A program made the position numbers and the translations under genes. Of a stretch of 33,429 nucleotides of DNA, positions 1-10,001 are shown piece after piece. This stretch comes from Microcoleaceae cyanobacterium. GTDB taxonomy: Bacteria > Cyanobacteriota > Cyanobacteriia > Cyanobacteriales > Microcoleaceae. The stretch covers positions 1-33,429 of the forward strand of contig JBOFUV010000068.1 in the NCBI GenBank assembly GCA_051652765.1, read 5' to 3'. The notes under the pieces were generated by a model, which was given only the letters and a program-made list of their open reading frames with translations, did no database searches and was not told the origin of the DNA. Each line of letters starts with the position of its first letter. The stretch's first letter is position 1.

Positions 1-45
1 TTCAGTCTAAAATCTTCACAATTCGATGCTAAGCCGAAAAAACCT

Positions 46-218
46 GGATAACCTGCGGAAATATACGGAAATTTCCCATCTAATCCGCTGTTCTGGGTGG
101 ATTAGACTGCGAATTTCAGCCTAATCCGCTTAAAGTGTGCGTTAGACTGAAAAAGTCAGCCTAACATACTCAAATAGTGCGATTAGACTGAAAATTTCAA
201 CCTAATAACTAGTTATGC
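46..218 (+). other. Putative long attC-like recombination site enclosing the palindrome array
   Basis: GGATAAC (46-52, R''-like) and GTTATGC (212-218, R'-like) bracket the array. GTTATGC matches 6/7 the complement of the R'' ACATAAC of the downstream attC. Confidence 0.45.
60..206. repeat. Array of four 25-bp imperfect palindromes with 40-41-bp period
   Basis: ATTAGACTGCGAATTTCAGCCTAAT (101-125), GTTAGACTGAAAAAGTCAGCCTAAC (141-165), ATTAGACTGAAAATTTCAACCTAAT (182-206), degenerate AATATACGGAAATTTCCCATCTAAT (60-84). Spacers are 15-16 bp. A right half-unit TTCAGTCTAA is at 1-10. Confidence 0.85.
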
Positions 219-373
219 CGCTAAGTCCTGGGTAAGGGCATAGCCGAGAGTTTTTCTGTTCGTGCTAAAAGTTAAGGCTGAAATATTTCAAGTTAAGCAC
301 CCTGTTTAGGTTCTACAGGATAAACTGTTTACAGTGTTGATGCTGACTACTAATCAGGAGCTTTGCAGTTTGA

Positions 374-1540
374 ATGATCGACTTGCAACTTGAGAAAATC
401 CAAACCCACTACTGTGAGATTTGCAATGGCTGGTTAGAGTTTTGCTTTGATAGACATGCCGTAACATTTGAAGGCGTAAATCTATCCTTGTCAAATATTC
501 CTCTTTTGCGTTGTGATAGCTGTGCTAGATACTATTTTACGGAGAAAACAAAAGCAATAATACTAACTGTTAGTGAGCAAGCAAAAGAGCAAGGAAAGCC
601 GGAGGTAAAGTTGTCTCCTCGACAAGACTTTAAAAGACGCTTTAGTTATGGACAGGTCGAGTTTTTATATGACTATAGAGACTACGAAAACATCCCTGGA
701 TTGCAGAGACCTTGGGATGATGGTTTTTTGACTCCAGTTTTCTTTAACCTTGCGGTTTTAAACAAATACTCTCAACATCCTGATTATCGCCTGGATTTAT
801 TCTCTAAAACTTATGGAAGTATAGACAACAAAGATGAGTTTGATATTTCTTTCGGTATTAATAGAAATCGGAAAGTGATCATGTGGCTGGGTGATATTGA
901 TAAATTGCCACTAAATGAACAGCATTATCTCAGATCTGAAAACGTAGAATCTGATCATGATTTATGCTCGGAGTTTTATGAATCACAAATAGAAGTGCAG
1001 TTCTCAAACCCCTCTCCTGAAAATGCTTTGTTCCATGCTAGATCAGAAGCTGTTCAGGCTTGTCAAAGAAATCGAGGAGGATACCTTCATACATTTGAAG
1101 GAGAAATAAGTAAAGTCATTGAGAATCTTGACCGACCAGTATTTTGGCAAGAAAAGCATGTCAATCCGGTCATAGAGGCTCTTAACCGAGTTATGGTTGA
1201 AAGCCTAGATTCGCAGTTTCTCAAAAATGAACTTAAAGATGTAATCAGTAAAGATGAACTCAAGGGGCTTAGATCTCTAAAACTCTTTGAAAGGTGGTTG
1301 GAAAGGGTTCTTAATCTATCTAGTTTTTCAGATGTATCACTTCCATTCTATGTACTGTACGATTTTCGTATTTTGAGTTCTCATCTAACTTCAGAGTCTA
1401 AAAAGCAAGAAACTCTTAAAAGCATCAATCAAAGGCTTAATTTGCCAGAGAAAAATGAAAATAATGAGGTGATCTATGAGGCGCTAATTAATAGACTGCG
1501 AGAATCATATGAAACTATTCTTGTCGAACTTCAGGCGTAA
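374..1540 (+). CDS. Hypothetical protein with N-terminal YgiT/MqsA-like zinc ribbon and C-terminal Rx4H (HEPN-like) motif; probable cassette cargo
   Basis: 388-aa ORF; C14xxC17 and C47xxC50; R332-ILSS-H337 in a helical-looking C-terminal region; AT-rich, no HIP1; AGGAG at 356-360. Confidence 0.8.
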   Translation: MIDLQLEKIQTHYCEICNGWLEFCFDRHAVTFEGVNLSLSNIPLLRCDSCARYYFTEKTKAIILTVSEQAKEQGKPEVKLSPRQDFKRRFSYGQVEFLYDYRDYENIPGLQRPWDDGFLTPVFFNLAVLNKYSQHPDYRLDLFSKTYGSIDNKDEFDISFGINRNRKVIMWLGDIDKLPLNEQHYLRSENVESDHDLCSEFYESQIEVQFSNPSPENALFHARSEAVQACQRNRGGYLHTFEGEISKVIENLDRPVFWQEKHVNPVIEALNRVMVESLDSQFLKNELKDVISKDELKGLRSLKLFERWLERVLNLSSFSDVSLPFYVLYDFRILSSHLTSESKKQETLKSINQRLNLPEKNENNEVIYEALINRLRESYETILVELQA

Positions 1541-1568
1541 TTGTATGAAGAGCAGAACAGTTGGCACG

Positions 1569-1655
1569 ACATAACAACGCTGTTGCAGCAGACTGAATCA
1601 AGCTGCTGGTATGGATGCCAAGATTATCGACAGCCGCTGAACAGCACCGTTATCT
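1569..1655 (+). other. attC site (integron cassette recombination site)
   Basis: R'' ACATAAC (1569-1575); GCTGTTGCAGC pairs with GCTGAACAGC leaving one unpaired base; R' GTTATCT (1649-1655); 87 bp, starting 28 bp after the ORF stop. Confidence 0.75.
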
Positions 1656-1705
1656 TGCCAGCGCACCACAGTCTTCCTGTGGAGTTGAACCGAAGAGTTA
1701 CTGAC

Positions 1706-1973
1706 TATAGAACCCATTTGGTATCTATCTAACCCGTAGCAAGTCTTTTGAGCATCAACCGGACAAAGCAAAGATTAACCTTGTCTGTACTTGCATTACA
1801 AGTATTTTTTTTACCACTATAGCGTCTAAGATTTATCGCTTGCTCCATTTTGGCGGTCTAGTTCTCTTCTTTTGGGGGGTTCAATAATGTCCCACTCTTT
1901 GTCTGTCAAGCCGCTTGTATACTTCATTTTTTCAGTCTTGCTTCTCTCTCTAAAATACCAAATGGGTTCTATA
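1706..1973 (-). mobile_element. Internally deleted IS5-family element (MITE-like)
   Basis: Perfect 19-bp inverted repeat TATAGAACCCATTTGGTAT (1706-1724) / ATACCAAATGGGTTCTATA (1955-1973). The outer TA or TATA may be the target duplication. Transposase remnants lie inside. Confidence 0.85.
1729..1927 (-). pseudogene. IS5-family transposase remnant (N- and C-termini only)
   Basis: MKYTSGLTDKEWDIIEP, frameshift, KRTRPPKWSKR*ILDAI, then the C-terminal ...KVNLCFVRLMLKRLATG*. The DDE core is missing. Confidence 0.8.
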
Positions 1974-2051
1974 TATCAGGCTCACCAATCTTGAAGTGTT
2001 AATCCAATAGTATTAATAATCCAATTCAGTCATAATTGATTTGGCTCAGTC

Positions 2052-2999
2052 ATGACTCAAAATGTCAATCCTTCAACATCTCTGAACGTCGGCAGGATCT
2101 TGAAAACTACCTCAGTCCTTTGCCGATCGAACCTCAAATCATATCTGGGAGTTGCTCTAAGATCCTGGTTGTGGGGCAGTGCATACCTTCTGATTATCCT
2201 GGGTTTTGTTGGTTTAACTATTCTGACATTTGTGGCTTCCAAGTCTATTTTTGGGGAAGGTATGCCCTCCTGGGTCATTGTTCTTTTAGTCATTGGTTTA
2301 TTGATTCCGCTGTTTTACAGCATTTTTTTCTGTTTAGGTAAATCCTTGGTGAACCTAGCCTTAATTTCTCGTTTAGTCTACCGAGAACTCACCAATCAAC
2401 CAGAAACTCCTCGTACAGGTCGTCAACAGATTTCATTCCAGCACTGGCGATTTTTTCGGTTACAACTTTTTTTGAGTTTCCTCTTATCGGCAGTGAGTCT
2501 GGGTTTGCAGATTGCTCAAGTCTGTTTACTTTTACCAATACAGTTAATCTTTGAAGCAGAATCTTTGGCAACTGTTCTGGGAGGATATTTGGCTCTAGCC
2601 AGCTATGGAATTTATCTATGGTTTTATGCTCACTGGTTTATTTCAGAAGTCATTTTGGCTGTTGAAAGCAATGTTAGTAGTTCAGCAGCAATTGAGCAGA
2701 GTTGGGACTTGTCTAAACGAAATTCGTTCAGAATTTTACTGGTTGTTATTGTGGCAAGCTTAATCACAATTCCGCTTTACTTCGGGGTGATTTTTCTGGC
2801 CCTGATCACTCTTCTTCCAGCAATAATTATTACGGTTCAATCGGGTGATTGGACATCATTGGCGGCTCAAGCTTCTCTGTGGGTTAGTATTGCCTGGGCT
2901 TTCTTTTTATTCATGACCCTCGGCTTTTTAGTTGCTCCTGCTTGGCAAGTCCTGAAGGGAGTAGTGTATTATGAACTGCGATCGCAAATGAACCCGTAA
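2052..2999 (+). CDS. Multi-pass integral membrane protein of unknown function
   Basis: 315 aa with about six hydrophobic segments. PSTSLNVGRIL and AIEQSWDLSKRNSFRILL resemble a conserved cyanobacterial membrane family. Confidence 0.8.
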   Translation: MTQNVNPSTSLNVGRILKTTSVLCRSNLKSYLGVALRSWLWGSAYLLIILGFVGLTILTFVASKSIFGEGMPSWVIVLLVIGLLIPLFYSIFFCLGKSLVNLALISRLVYRELTNQPETPRTGRQQISFQHWRFFRLQLFLSFLLSAVSLGLQIAQVCLLLPIQLIFEAESLATVLGGYLALASYGIYLWFYAHWFISEVILAVESNVSSSAAIEQSWDLSKRNSFRILLVVIVASLITIPLYFGVIFLALITLLPAIIITVQSGDWTSLAAQASLWVSIAWAFFLFMTLGFLVAPAWQVLKGVVYYELRSQMNP

Positions 3000-3022
3000 T
3001 TCCCATAAGCTCGTGATTTGAA

Positions 3023-4138
3023 CTACAGAAACGTTCTGGCTTCGTAGAACTGTTGCCAAGGTTTGCTTTTTCGACTTTTCACAACATGGTTAAAGTAATG
3101 GTCGAGTTTTTTAATATCTTCCCCTGAATCTTTTAACACCGACCCTTTCAAGCTTTGCACTAAATGTTCAGGGGTAATTTCCCCTTGATTGTAATAGTAG
3201 GCATGAATTCCAGCCGCATAGCCCACAGAAACTGCTTCTGCTGTACTCATGACACTGCTGAGGGATTCTAACGCTTTTCCCTCTGCCGTTTTGCCTGCTC
3301 GCAACTCATGAAATGTGGTGACCAGAATTTCTGTCAGTTCAGGGGTTAACGAAGCGGGAATCTCGGCCCGAGCCAACAGTTGATCCGTTTCTCGCTGTAC
3401 CAATTCTATCTCTTGGCGAATATCGGCAATTGGATGTACCGTCTCAAAGTTTAACCGTCGTTTCAGAGCTGCACTCATTTCATTCACACCGCGATCGCGG
3501 GTATTAGCCGTGGCAATCACGTTAAACCCGACTTGAGCGTAAAGGGTGCGAGATGCATCAGGCAGTTCAGGAATTGCCAGAACGCGATCGCTCAGTACGG
3601 ACAACAAGGTGTCCTGAATTTCCAAAGGGCAACGGGTGATTTCCTCGAACCGTACCAGTTTGCCATCCTTCATGCCGCGATAAAGAGGGGCTGGAACTAA
3701 GGCGCGATCGCTCGGCCCTTCTGCCAAAAGTAAGGCATAGTTCCAGGAGTATTTGATATTATCTTCCGTCGTGCCAGCGCTGCCCTGAATGGTTAAGGTC
3801 GAGTCATTGCTGATGGCGGCAGTCAGTAACTCACTCAGGTAACTTTTGGCAGTTCCTGGTTCACCAATCAACATCAGCCCCCGATTCGTAGCGAGGGCGA
3901 CAATGCAGCGTTCTAAAAAGCTGCGCTGACCGACAAACTTGGGCTTGATCCCCTGGTCTTGATCCCCCAAAATAAACTTCAAAACGGATTGAGGAGTCAG
4001 TTGCCATCCGGCAGGGCGGGGGGCATCCCCATCGAGTTCAACCAACTGCTTTAGTTCTTCTGCGTAGAGCAATTCAGCCGCCGGACGTTGCAGGTGGTTA
4101 ACATCAGAAGTTGCTAATTTTCGAGTTCTACGTACCAT
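3023..4138 (-). CDS. MoxR-type AAA+ ATPase (YehL-like)
   Basis: Walker A GEPGTAKS, Walker [26 protein letters not shown] sensor/arginine-finger region. Confidence 0.9.
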   Translation of the reverse strand: MVRRTRKLATSDVNHLQRPAAELLYAEELKQLVELDGDAPRPAGWQLTPQSVLKFILGDQDQGIKPKFVGQRSFLERCIVALATNRGLMLIGEPGTAKSYLSELLTAAISNDSTLTIQGSAGTTEDNIKYSWNYALLLAEGPSDRALVPAPLYRGMKDGKLVRFEEITRCPLEIQDTLLSVLSDRVLAIPELPDASRTLYAQVGFNVIATANTRDRGVNEMSAALKRRLNFETVHPIADIRQEIELVQRETDQLLARAEIPASLTPELTEILVTTFHELRAGKTAEGKALESLSSVMSTAEAVSVGYAAGIHAYYYNQGEITPEHLVQSLKGSVLKDSGEDIKKLDHYFNHVVKSRKSKPWQQFYEARTFL

Positions 4139-4388
4139 CTAACGATCTACCCAGAAATTGATTGATGGATTGAGCGGTTTTGTGTTGATCGGAAGCAGGG
4201 CCTAAAATCTCAAGAAGGATTTTATCACCCGATTTTAGCCCCAAATAGATTTCATAGATTGTACTTCCCTCACCGTCATCACCTTCAATGACCTGCGCTG
4301 CTTTAATCTCATCTAGACGCTGTTCTATTATTTCCGACTTGAACGCATCCGCTGTGTCAAATACATTCGACCTGAGCGTTTGTAGCAT
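4128..4388 (-). CDS. Small hypothetical protein
   Basis: 86-aa ORF overlapping the ATPase start by 11 bp; GGAAG upstream. Confidence 0.55.
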   Translation of the reverse strand: MLQTLRSNVFDTADAFKSEIIEQRLDEIKAAQVIEGDDGEGSTIYEIYLGLKSGDKILLEILGPASDQHKTAQSINQFLGRSLDGT

Positions 4389-4471
4389 CAGCGTTGGGCA
4401 CTTCCTTCTGAGAACACGTTACTATTTTTAGGTAAGTACTTTCAAGTTAAGTAAAATTCTAAGTCTGTCGA

Positions 4472-5209
4472 ATGTTTGAGAACCTGCAAACCCAGCTATA
4501 TGACATTGCTCAATATGCGAACAACTTGGTTCAGAGCCAGTTAACCCAGTTGAGTGGAGTGAGCATTGGGATCATTTTTGTGGCGGGATTGCTGACGAGC
4601 CTGACTCCCTGCATGTTGTCTATGCTGCCGATTACGATTGGCTACATTGGTGGCTATGAGGCTCAGGGACGCTCACAAGCAGCCCTTCAGTCTATTTGGT
4701 TTGCCCTGGGATTGGCGACAACTTTGGCTGGGTTGGGAGTATTGGCAACCTTGTTTGGGAAAGTTTACGGGCAAATTGGCATAGGTCTGCCGATTGCTGT
4801 GAGTCTTATTGCGATCTTAATGGGACTAAACTTGTTGGAAGCTCTACCGTTACAGCTTCCTGCCTTTGACACCTTAGGCTGGATGCCGCAGAACTTGCCC
4901 CGCAGTGCCCGATCTTATTTCCTGGGGTTAACGTTTGGGTTGGTGGCTTCTCCCTGTAGCACTCCAGTTTTGGCAACATTGCTAGCTTGGGTATCTACCA
5001 CTCAGGATATTGTCTTGGGGAGTGTATTGTTGTTAGCTTATGGGGTGGGTTATGTGACTCCCCTGGTTCTGGCAGGCACCTTTACGGCAACGATTAAAAA
5101 TTTACTGTCTTTGCGGCAATGGTCAGGTTGGATTACCCCCGTCAGCGGGGTGTTGCTGGTAGGATTCGGTGTATTTTCTTTACTCTTTCGCCTTACCCCA
5201 ATTGCGTAA
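4472..5209 (+). CDS. ccdA: Cytochrome c biogenesis protein CcdA
   Basis: SLTPCMLSMLP and ASPCSTPVL redox-Cys motifs; about six TM segments; upstream of ccs1. Confidence 0.95.
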   Translation: MFENLQTQLYDIAQYANNLVQSQLTQLSGVSIGIIFVAGLLTSLTPCMLSMLPITIGYIGGYEAQGRSQAALQSIWFALGLATTLAGLGVLATLFGKVYGQIGIGLPIAVSLIAILMGLNLLEALPLQLPAFDTLGWMPQNLPRSARSYFLGLTFGLVASPCSTPVLATLLAWVSTTQDIVLGSVLLLAYGVGYVTPLVLAGTFTATIKNLLSLRQWSGWITPVSGVLLVGFGVFSLLFRLTPIA

Positions 5210-5226
5210 ATCATTGAAGTGAGTGA

Positions 5227-5357
5227 TTTGAGCAAAGTCTTTGAGTAACCTTTTTGAGTACTTTTTTAAGTGCTTTTTAAGTACTTTTTTAAAAGAGTTC
5301 AACACACCATAAAAGACACCTATAAAAGACACCTATAAAAACACCTAGAAAGATACT
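5227..5357. repeat. Two short tandem repeat tracts
   Basis: About five degenerate TTTTT(G/A)AGTAC-like units, then about four ACACC(T)ATAAAAG units. Confidence 0.8.
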
Positions 5358-5361
5358 TGGA

Positions 5362-6780
5362 ATGACCACAAAAAATGAATTTTCATCTCAGCCATCAGCT
5401 TGGAAAGTTGGCTTTGAAACTCTCCTTCACAAGGAAATTTTACCGATTCTGGCCAATTTAAGATTGGCAATTGTTTTACTTTTACTAATTGCCTTGTTTA
5501 GTATCTCCGGTACGGTCATTGAACAAGGGCAATCCCTGGAATTTTATCAATCAAACTACCCAGAAAAGCCTGCTTTATTTGGCTTCTTGACCTGGAGAGT
5601 GCTGGTATTTCTCGGGCTAGATCATGTTTACCGAACTTGGTGGTTTTTGGCCTTGTTAATCTGGTTTGGGTCTAGTTTAACAGCGTGTACGTTCACGCGG
5701 CAGTTACCCACTTTGAAATCTGCTCGGCGTTGGAGTTACTATGAACAGCCCAAGCAATTCCACAATCTGGCGCTGAGTGCTGAGGTTGAGTCTTGTTCGG
5801 TAGATACTTTGCAGCAACTCTTGCAAAAACGCCAATATAAAGTTTTTCAGGAGGGAAATAAACTCTACGCTCGCAAAGGAATTATTGGCCGAATTGGCCC
5901 GATTGTGGTTCATGCCAGTATGTTAGTGATTCTGGCAGGTTCAGTGTTGGGATCGCTCACGGGGTTTATTGCCCAGGAAATGGTGTCGAGCGGAGAAACC
6001 TTTCAGGTAAAACGGATTATTGATGCAGGGCCTTTTGCAGCGGCACAACTGCCGAAAGATTGGTCAGTTCGGGTGAATCGATTTTGGATTGATTACACAG
6101 CAGATGGGGTGATCGATCAGTTTTATTCTGACTTGTCTGTGCTAGATCGAGCGGGTGAGGAAGTAGACCGCAAAACCATTCATGTGAACAAACCCTTGCG
6201 CTACCAGGGAGTCACGTTTTACCAAGCCGATTGGGGCGTGGCTGGGGTACGAATTCACTTCAATAACAGCCCCGTTTTGCAACTGCCGATGGGGTTGCTA
6301 GATACCGGTGGACAGGGCAGATTCTGGGGGACTTGGATTCCAACTAAACCTGACTTAAGTGAAGGCGTTTCTTTGATTACCAAAGATCTTCAGGGAACCC
6401 TTTTAATTTACAACAACGAAGGAAAATTAGTGTCTACTGTTCGGCAAGGACGGTCTGTTCTTGTCAATGGGGTTAATTTGTCCATTGATGAAGTCGTGGG
6501 GAGCACGGGCTTACAAATCAAAGCTGATCCAGGAATTCCCATGGTTTATTTGGGGTTTGGATTACTAATGATCAGTGTGATGATGAGCTATGTTTCTCAC
6601 TCTCAAATCTGGGCATTACAAACCAGTGATCGCCTTTATATTGGGGGCAAAACAAATCGGGCTAAAGTTACTTTTGAACGGGAGGTGGTGGCAATTCTGG
6701 ATGATTTGGAGGAGAGTTCACAACCGACTGCTGAAGCAAAATTTGTCGGCGATGCCACTGACGGATTAGTCTCAAGCTAA
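5362..6780 (+). CDS. ccs1: Cytochrome c biogenesis protein Ccs1/CcsB (ResB/Ycf44 family)
   Basis: [58 protein letters not shown]. Confidence 0.93.
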   Translation: MTTKNEFSSQPSAWKVGFETLLHKEILPILANLRLAIVLLLLIALFSISGTVIEQGQSLEFYQSNYPEKPALFGFLTWRVLVFLGLDHVYRTWWFLALLIWFGSSLTACTFTRQLPTLKSARRWSYYEQPKQFHNLALSAEVESCSVDTLQQLLQKRQYKVFQEGNKLYARKGIIGRIGPIVVHASMLVILAGSVLGSLTGFIAQEMVSSGETFQVKRIIDAGPFAAAQLPKDWSVRVNRFWIDYTADGVIDQFYSDLSVLDRAGEEVDRKTIHVNKPLRYQGVTFYQADWGVAGVRIHFNNSPVLQLPMGLLDTGGQGRFWGTWIPTKPDLSEGVSLITKDLQGTLLIYNNEGKLVSTVRQGRSVLVNGVNLSIDEVVGSTGLQIKADPGIPMVYLGFGLLMISVMMSYVSHSQIWALQTSDRLYIGGKTNRAKVTFEREVVAILDDLEESSQPTAEAKFVGDATDGLVSS

Positions 6781-7252
6781 TAAAGTAGGACGCGATCGCC
6801 CCCAGAACTCCTAAAACAAAGCAACCCATCAGCAAGGTTCCGACAAAACCAATTCCTAACTCCAAAAAGTCTTGGGGAGACTGTAATCGATCAAATGCTA
6901 ACTGAGTTTCTTGAGAACCCAACAACCATTGACCAAACCGATAACTCAAGAAATAGATCGGAATGCTGGTTAACGGATTGCTAACCCAGGTTCCGGCAGC
7001 AGCCAAAAGCTTATCTCCTCGGACAATAATCGCTAGGGTTACCCCAAAGGCAATCTGCAATCCAAAAAAAGGAAACCATCCCGCAAACACACCAACAGCT
7101 AGCCCTCGGGCCAGATAATCGGGGTTACCCTGCAACGTACTCAAACGCCAACAGATGCGGCGAAACCAACGCCACCATCGATTGCGTGAGAGTTTGAATC
7201 TTGAGTGGATTGCTCCGTTAGTCTCAAGTGAACGAGTCAGGCGACGGGTCAC
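6668..7252 (-). CDS. DUF2062 family membrane protein
   Basis: [20 protein letters not shown] and GTWVSNPLT motifs. Confidence 0.88.
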   Translation of the reverse strand: MTRRLTRSLETNGAIHSRFKLSRNRWWRWFRRICWRLSTLQGNPDYLARGLAVGVFAGWFPFFGLQIAFGVTLAIIVRGDKLLAAAGTWVSNPLTSIPIYFLSYRFGQWLLGSQETQLAFDRLQSPQDFLELGIGFVGTLLMGCFVLGVLGAIASYFISLRLIRQWHRRQILLQQSVVNSPPNHPELPPPPVQK

Positions 7253-7519
7253 AACATAAATTCTCCTCAGCGTTCCCGAACCTATCTCATCTTAAGTTTT
7301 ATTTTAAGGGTCTTGAACTGGCCTTGGGAAATCTCGGTAACGCTCTAAAAGTTCGGTAAAAGTTCGGTTATCTCTTCAACTTGTACCCTAGGAATTGACC
7401 AAAACCCAGGGCACTATATTGATATGGATTAGTAAGCTATTTCCCAAAGTATGATAAGATAATGGATTCAGGGGTTAAGTAGTGGGTCTCTTTGTCTATT
7501 TTGTGTCACAATGCAAATA

Positions 7520-7537
7520 AATGTAAATCTTTGTGAA
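7520..7537 (-). promoter_or_regulatory. Candidate HLR1 (RpaB) direct-repeat site
   Basis: Minus strand TTCACAAA-GA-TTTACATT versus consensus (G/T)TTACA(T/A)(T/A)-N2-repeat; a further in-phase half-site TTTGCATT at 7510-7517. Confidence 0.45.
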
Positions 7538-7976
7538 TAGGCTTTACTTTTCTGAGCAGAGGCTTAGTCTATAGGATAAAGATTTGGATTTTGTTAAGGC
7601 GTACGTGATAAAGGGTAGGGGTTACGTAGAGCTAAAGCTTTTACAACGCACAAACCTCAAGCAAAAGCAGGTAGAGGTTCAACTTACATAATCCAGTATC
7701 CCTATCTGAATCAGTAAGTAGTCGTTTCACCCATAGGGAACTTAGAAGTTCTGGCTAGGTTGCCAACTGTTAACCCTTGCACTTGAGAAGATCCTACGAA
7801 TCCACCATTCTAAATTCAAGCTTTTAGTTAATTTAGTGCATTCCAACTAGGCACAACCCCAAATCCCAGTTGTTTTGGGAGCAGCATTCTACCCTCTGCA
7901 GTTCTCTCTATCTTTAGGGGGAAGGAAAAGAATTTTTAGTTGTTTTAGTCTGTAAAAGGGAGTTTGAATATTTATT

Positions 7977-8978
7977 ATGTCTACTGTTAACCCTGAGAAA
8001 AAAAATCCCTCGACTCGGACAAAAGCTCGGCCTCGAGTCCCGACAGATACAGTGCGCTCCTATCTGCATGAAATTGGTCGTGTTCCGTTGTTGACTCGAG
8101 AAGAAGAGATTATCTACGGCAAGCAGGTTCAGCAAATGATGAACTTGTTGCAGGCTAAGGAGAGCCTGACTAAACAGTTGCAGCAAGAACCAACGCCAGC
8201 TGAATGGGCCGAGCAGGTTGGGATCAGCGAAGCTCAGTTGAGTCAGGATTTGAGCTTGGGGCATCGGGCGAAGCAAAAAATGATTGAGGCTAATCTGCGC
8301 CTAGTTGTTTCGATTGCAAAGAAGTACCAAAAGCGGAATATGGAGTTCCTTGATCTGATCCAAGAGGGAACGTTGGGGCTGGAGCGAGGGGTGGAGAAGT
8401 TTGACCCAACTCGAGGCTACAAGTTTTCTACCTATGCCTACTGGTGGGTCAGGCAAGCGATTACTCGGGCGATCGCACAGAATGGCCGAACGATCCGTTT
8501 GCCAATTCACATTACAGAAAAGCTGAATAAAATTAAGCGCGTTCAGCGGGATCTGTTTCAAAAGATGGGGCGATATCCAACTCCTAGTGAGATTGCAGAA
8601 GCTTTGGAACTAGAACCTGCTCAGATTCGGGAGTATCTATTGGCCTCTCGCCACCCGATTTCTCTGGATTTGCGGGTTGGGGACAATCAAGATACTGAAT
8701 TGCAGGAGTTATTGGAGGATGAAACAGCCTCGGCGGATAACTATGTCACCCATGAACTGCTGCGCCAAGACCTCCAAAATCTGATCAATGAACTCACGCC
8801 TCAACAGCGGGAAGTGATTAACTTACGCTATGGTTTGGCGGATGGCAGAGAGTTATCGCTCTCGAAGGTCGGTGCTCGCATGAATATTAGTCGAGAGCGG
8901 GTGCGGCAGTTGGAAAACCAGGCTCTTAATCATTTGCGTCGCCGCAAATCTCAGGTGCGAGAATATTTGGCAAGCTAA
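7977..8978 (+). CDS. sigB: Group 2 sigma-70 factor (SigB-like)
   Basis: [56 protein letters not shown]; no region 1.1. KYQKRNMEF resembles SigB more than SigD; the subtype is less sure than the family. Confidence 0.85.
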   Translation: MSTVNPEKKNPSTRTKARPRVPTDTVRSYLHEIGRVPLLTREEEIIYGKQVQQMMNLLQAKESLTKQLQQEPTPAEWAEQVGISEAQLSQDLSLGHRAKQKMIEANLRLVVSIAKKYQKRNMEFLDLIQEGTLGLERGVEKFDPTRGYKFSTYAYWWVRQAITRAIAQNGRTIRLPIHITEKLNKIKRVQRDLFQKMGRYPTPSEIAEALELEPAQIREYLLASRHPISLDLRVGDNQDTELQELLEDETASADNYVTHELLRQDLQNLINELTPQQREVINLRYGLADGRELSLSKVGARMNISRERVRQLENQALNHLRRRKSQVREYLAS

Positions 8979-9008
8979 CTTTAGCAGTTCAGAGGATGTT
9001 TAGAAAGT

Positions 9009-9053
9009 TTGGCCGTGCGTCACAATCTTAGATGATGCACGGCCAATTACTTT
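9009..9053 (+). terminator. Stem-loop after sigma factor gene
   Basis: TTGGCCGTGCGTCA / TGATGCACGGCCAA 14-bp stem followed by TTACTTT. Confidence 0.7.
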
Positions 9054-9234
9054 GCGTTAGGGGAAACCAGAGGCTGAGGATTGATCAAGGATATTAGTGA
9101 GCGCAGCCATTTCCGTGATAATCATCGGTGTCATAGAACCCATTTTTTGTGCCGAAGAAAAGGCAAGCGATAGAAAAAACAGCAGTTAATCCAACGAGAA
9201 TCAATTTAACATCCATTGCAAAACGCTCCTAAGT

Positions 9235-9897
9235 ATGAGTTCAACGACAAGTTCAACTACAACCACGGCAATTGTAGACGCTACTTGGCTGTCCCGTCCA
9301 GCTTCTACTGTAGCGCCAGACCTATTGGGATGCACGTTAGTTCGGCAAATGCCTGATGGGGAAAAGATTCGGGGGGTAATTGTTGAGACAGAAGCCTATG
9401 GGCCAGGAGACCCTGCTTGTCATGCCTATCGTCGTCGAACTCCCCGCAATGCAGTCATGTTTGGGCCTGCTGGCATGACCTATGTCTACTTAATCTATGG
9501 GATATACCATTGTTTAAATGTGGTTACAGATTTGGATGGGCAACCGAGTGCCGTGTTGATTCGGGCCTTGCAGTTAGAAACCCTTCCGAATTGGCTGTCC
9601 CAGAACCCGGTTTCTGACAGCCGCTGCTCTCAGAATTCGTCTCAAGCTCAGACCCTGGCTCGTTTCGCTGCAGGGCCAGGAAAACTGTGTCGAGCTTTGC
9701 AAATTGATCGGAGCTTAACCAGTTTACCGTTGAACCCCAGTCAACCCTTGTGGTTGGAGCATCGCAGTTCAACCTTTCAAACTGAAAGTCAAGGAAAGAC
9801 TGAGATTGTCCAAACAACCCGAATCGGCCTGACTCAAGGCGCGGATATTCCGTGGAGATGGTACATCGCAGACTGCCCGTCTGTCTCCAAAGTTTAA
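9235..9897 (+). CDS. mpg: DNA-3-methyladenine glycosylase
   Basis: [44 protein letters not shown] motifs. Confidence 0.95.
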   Translation: MSSTTSSTTTTAIVDATWLSRPASTVAPDLLGCTLVRQMPDGEKIRGVIVETEAYGPGDPACHAYRRRTPRNAVMFGPAGMTYVYLIYGIYHCLNVVTDLDGQPSAVLIRALQLETLPNWLSQNPVSDSRCSQNSSQAQTLARFAAGPGKLCRALQIDRSLTSLPLNPSQPLWLEHRSSTFQTESQGKTEIVQTTRIGLTQGADIPWRWYIADCPSVSKV

Positions 9898-10001
9898 GAG
9901 GCCAGATTTGTAGATTTATATCTTGCTGATATGAATTATTTAAAAAAGTAAGGTATTATAGTAATTTGTCGAATTAATAAAATTCTAGGCAATTATTTCT
10001 C

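Noticed and set aside
60..206. CRISPR or TIGR array interpretation of the palindrome array
   Set aside because: Spacers of 15-16 bp are too short and partly self-similar, the repeats are divergent, and no cas or Nop-domain gene is recognisable in the window.
1541..1732. 63-aa ORF
   Set aside because: It runs through the attC site and into the IS end; likely spurious.
7977..8978. Calling the sigma factor SigA or SigD
   Set aside because: It lacks region 1.1, and the region 2 sequence [23 protein letters not shown] fits SigB-type better, from recalled sequences.
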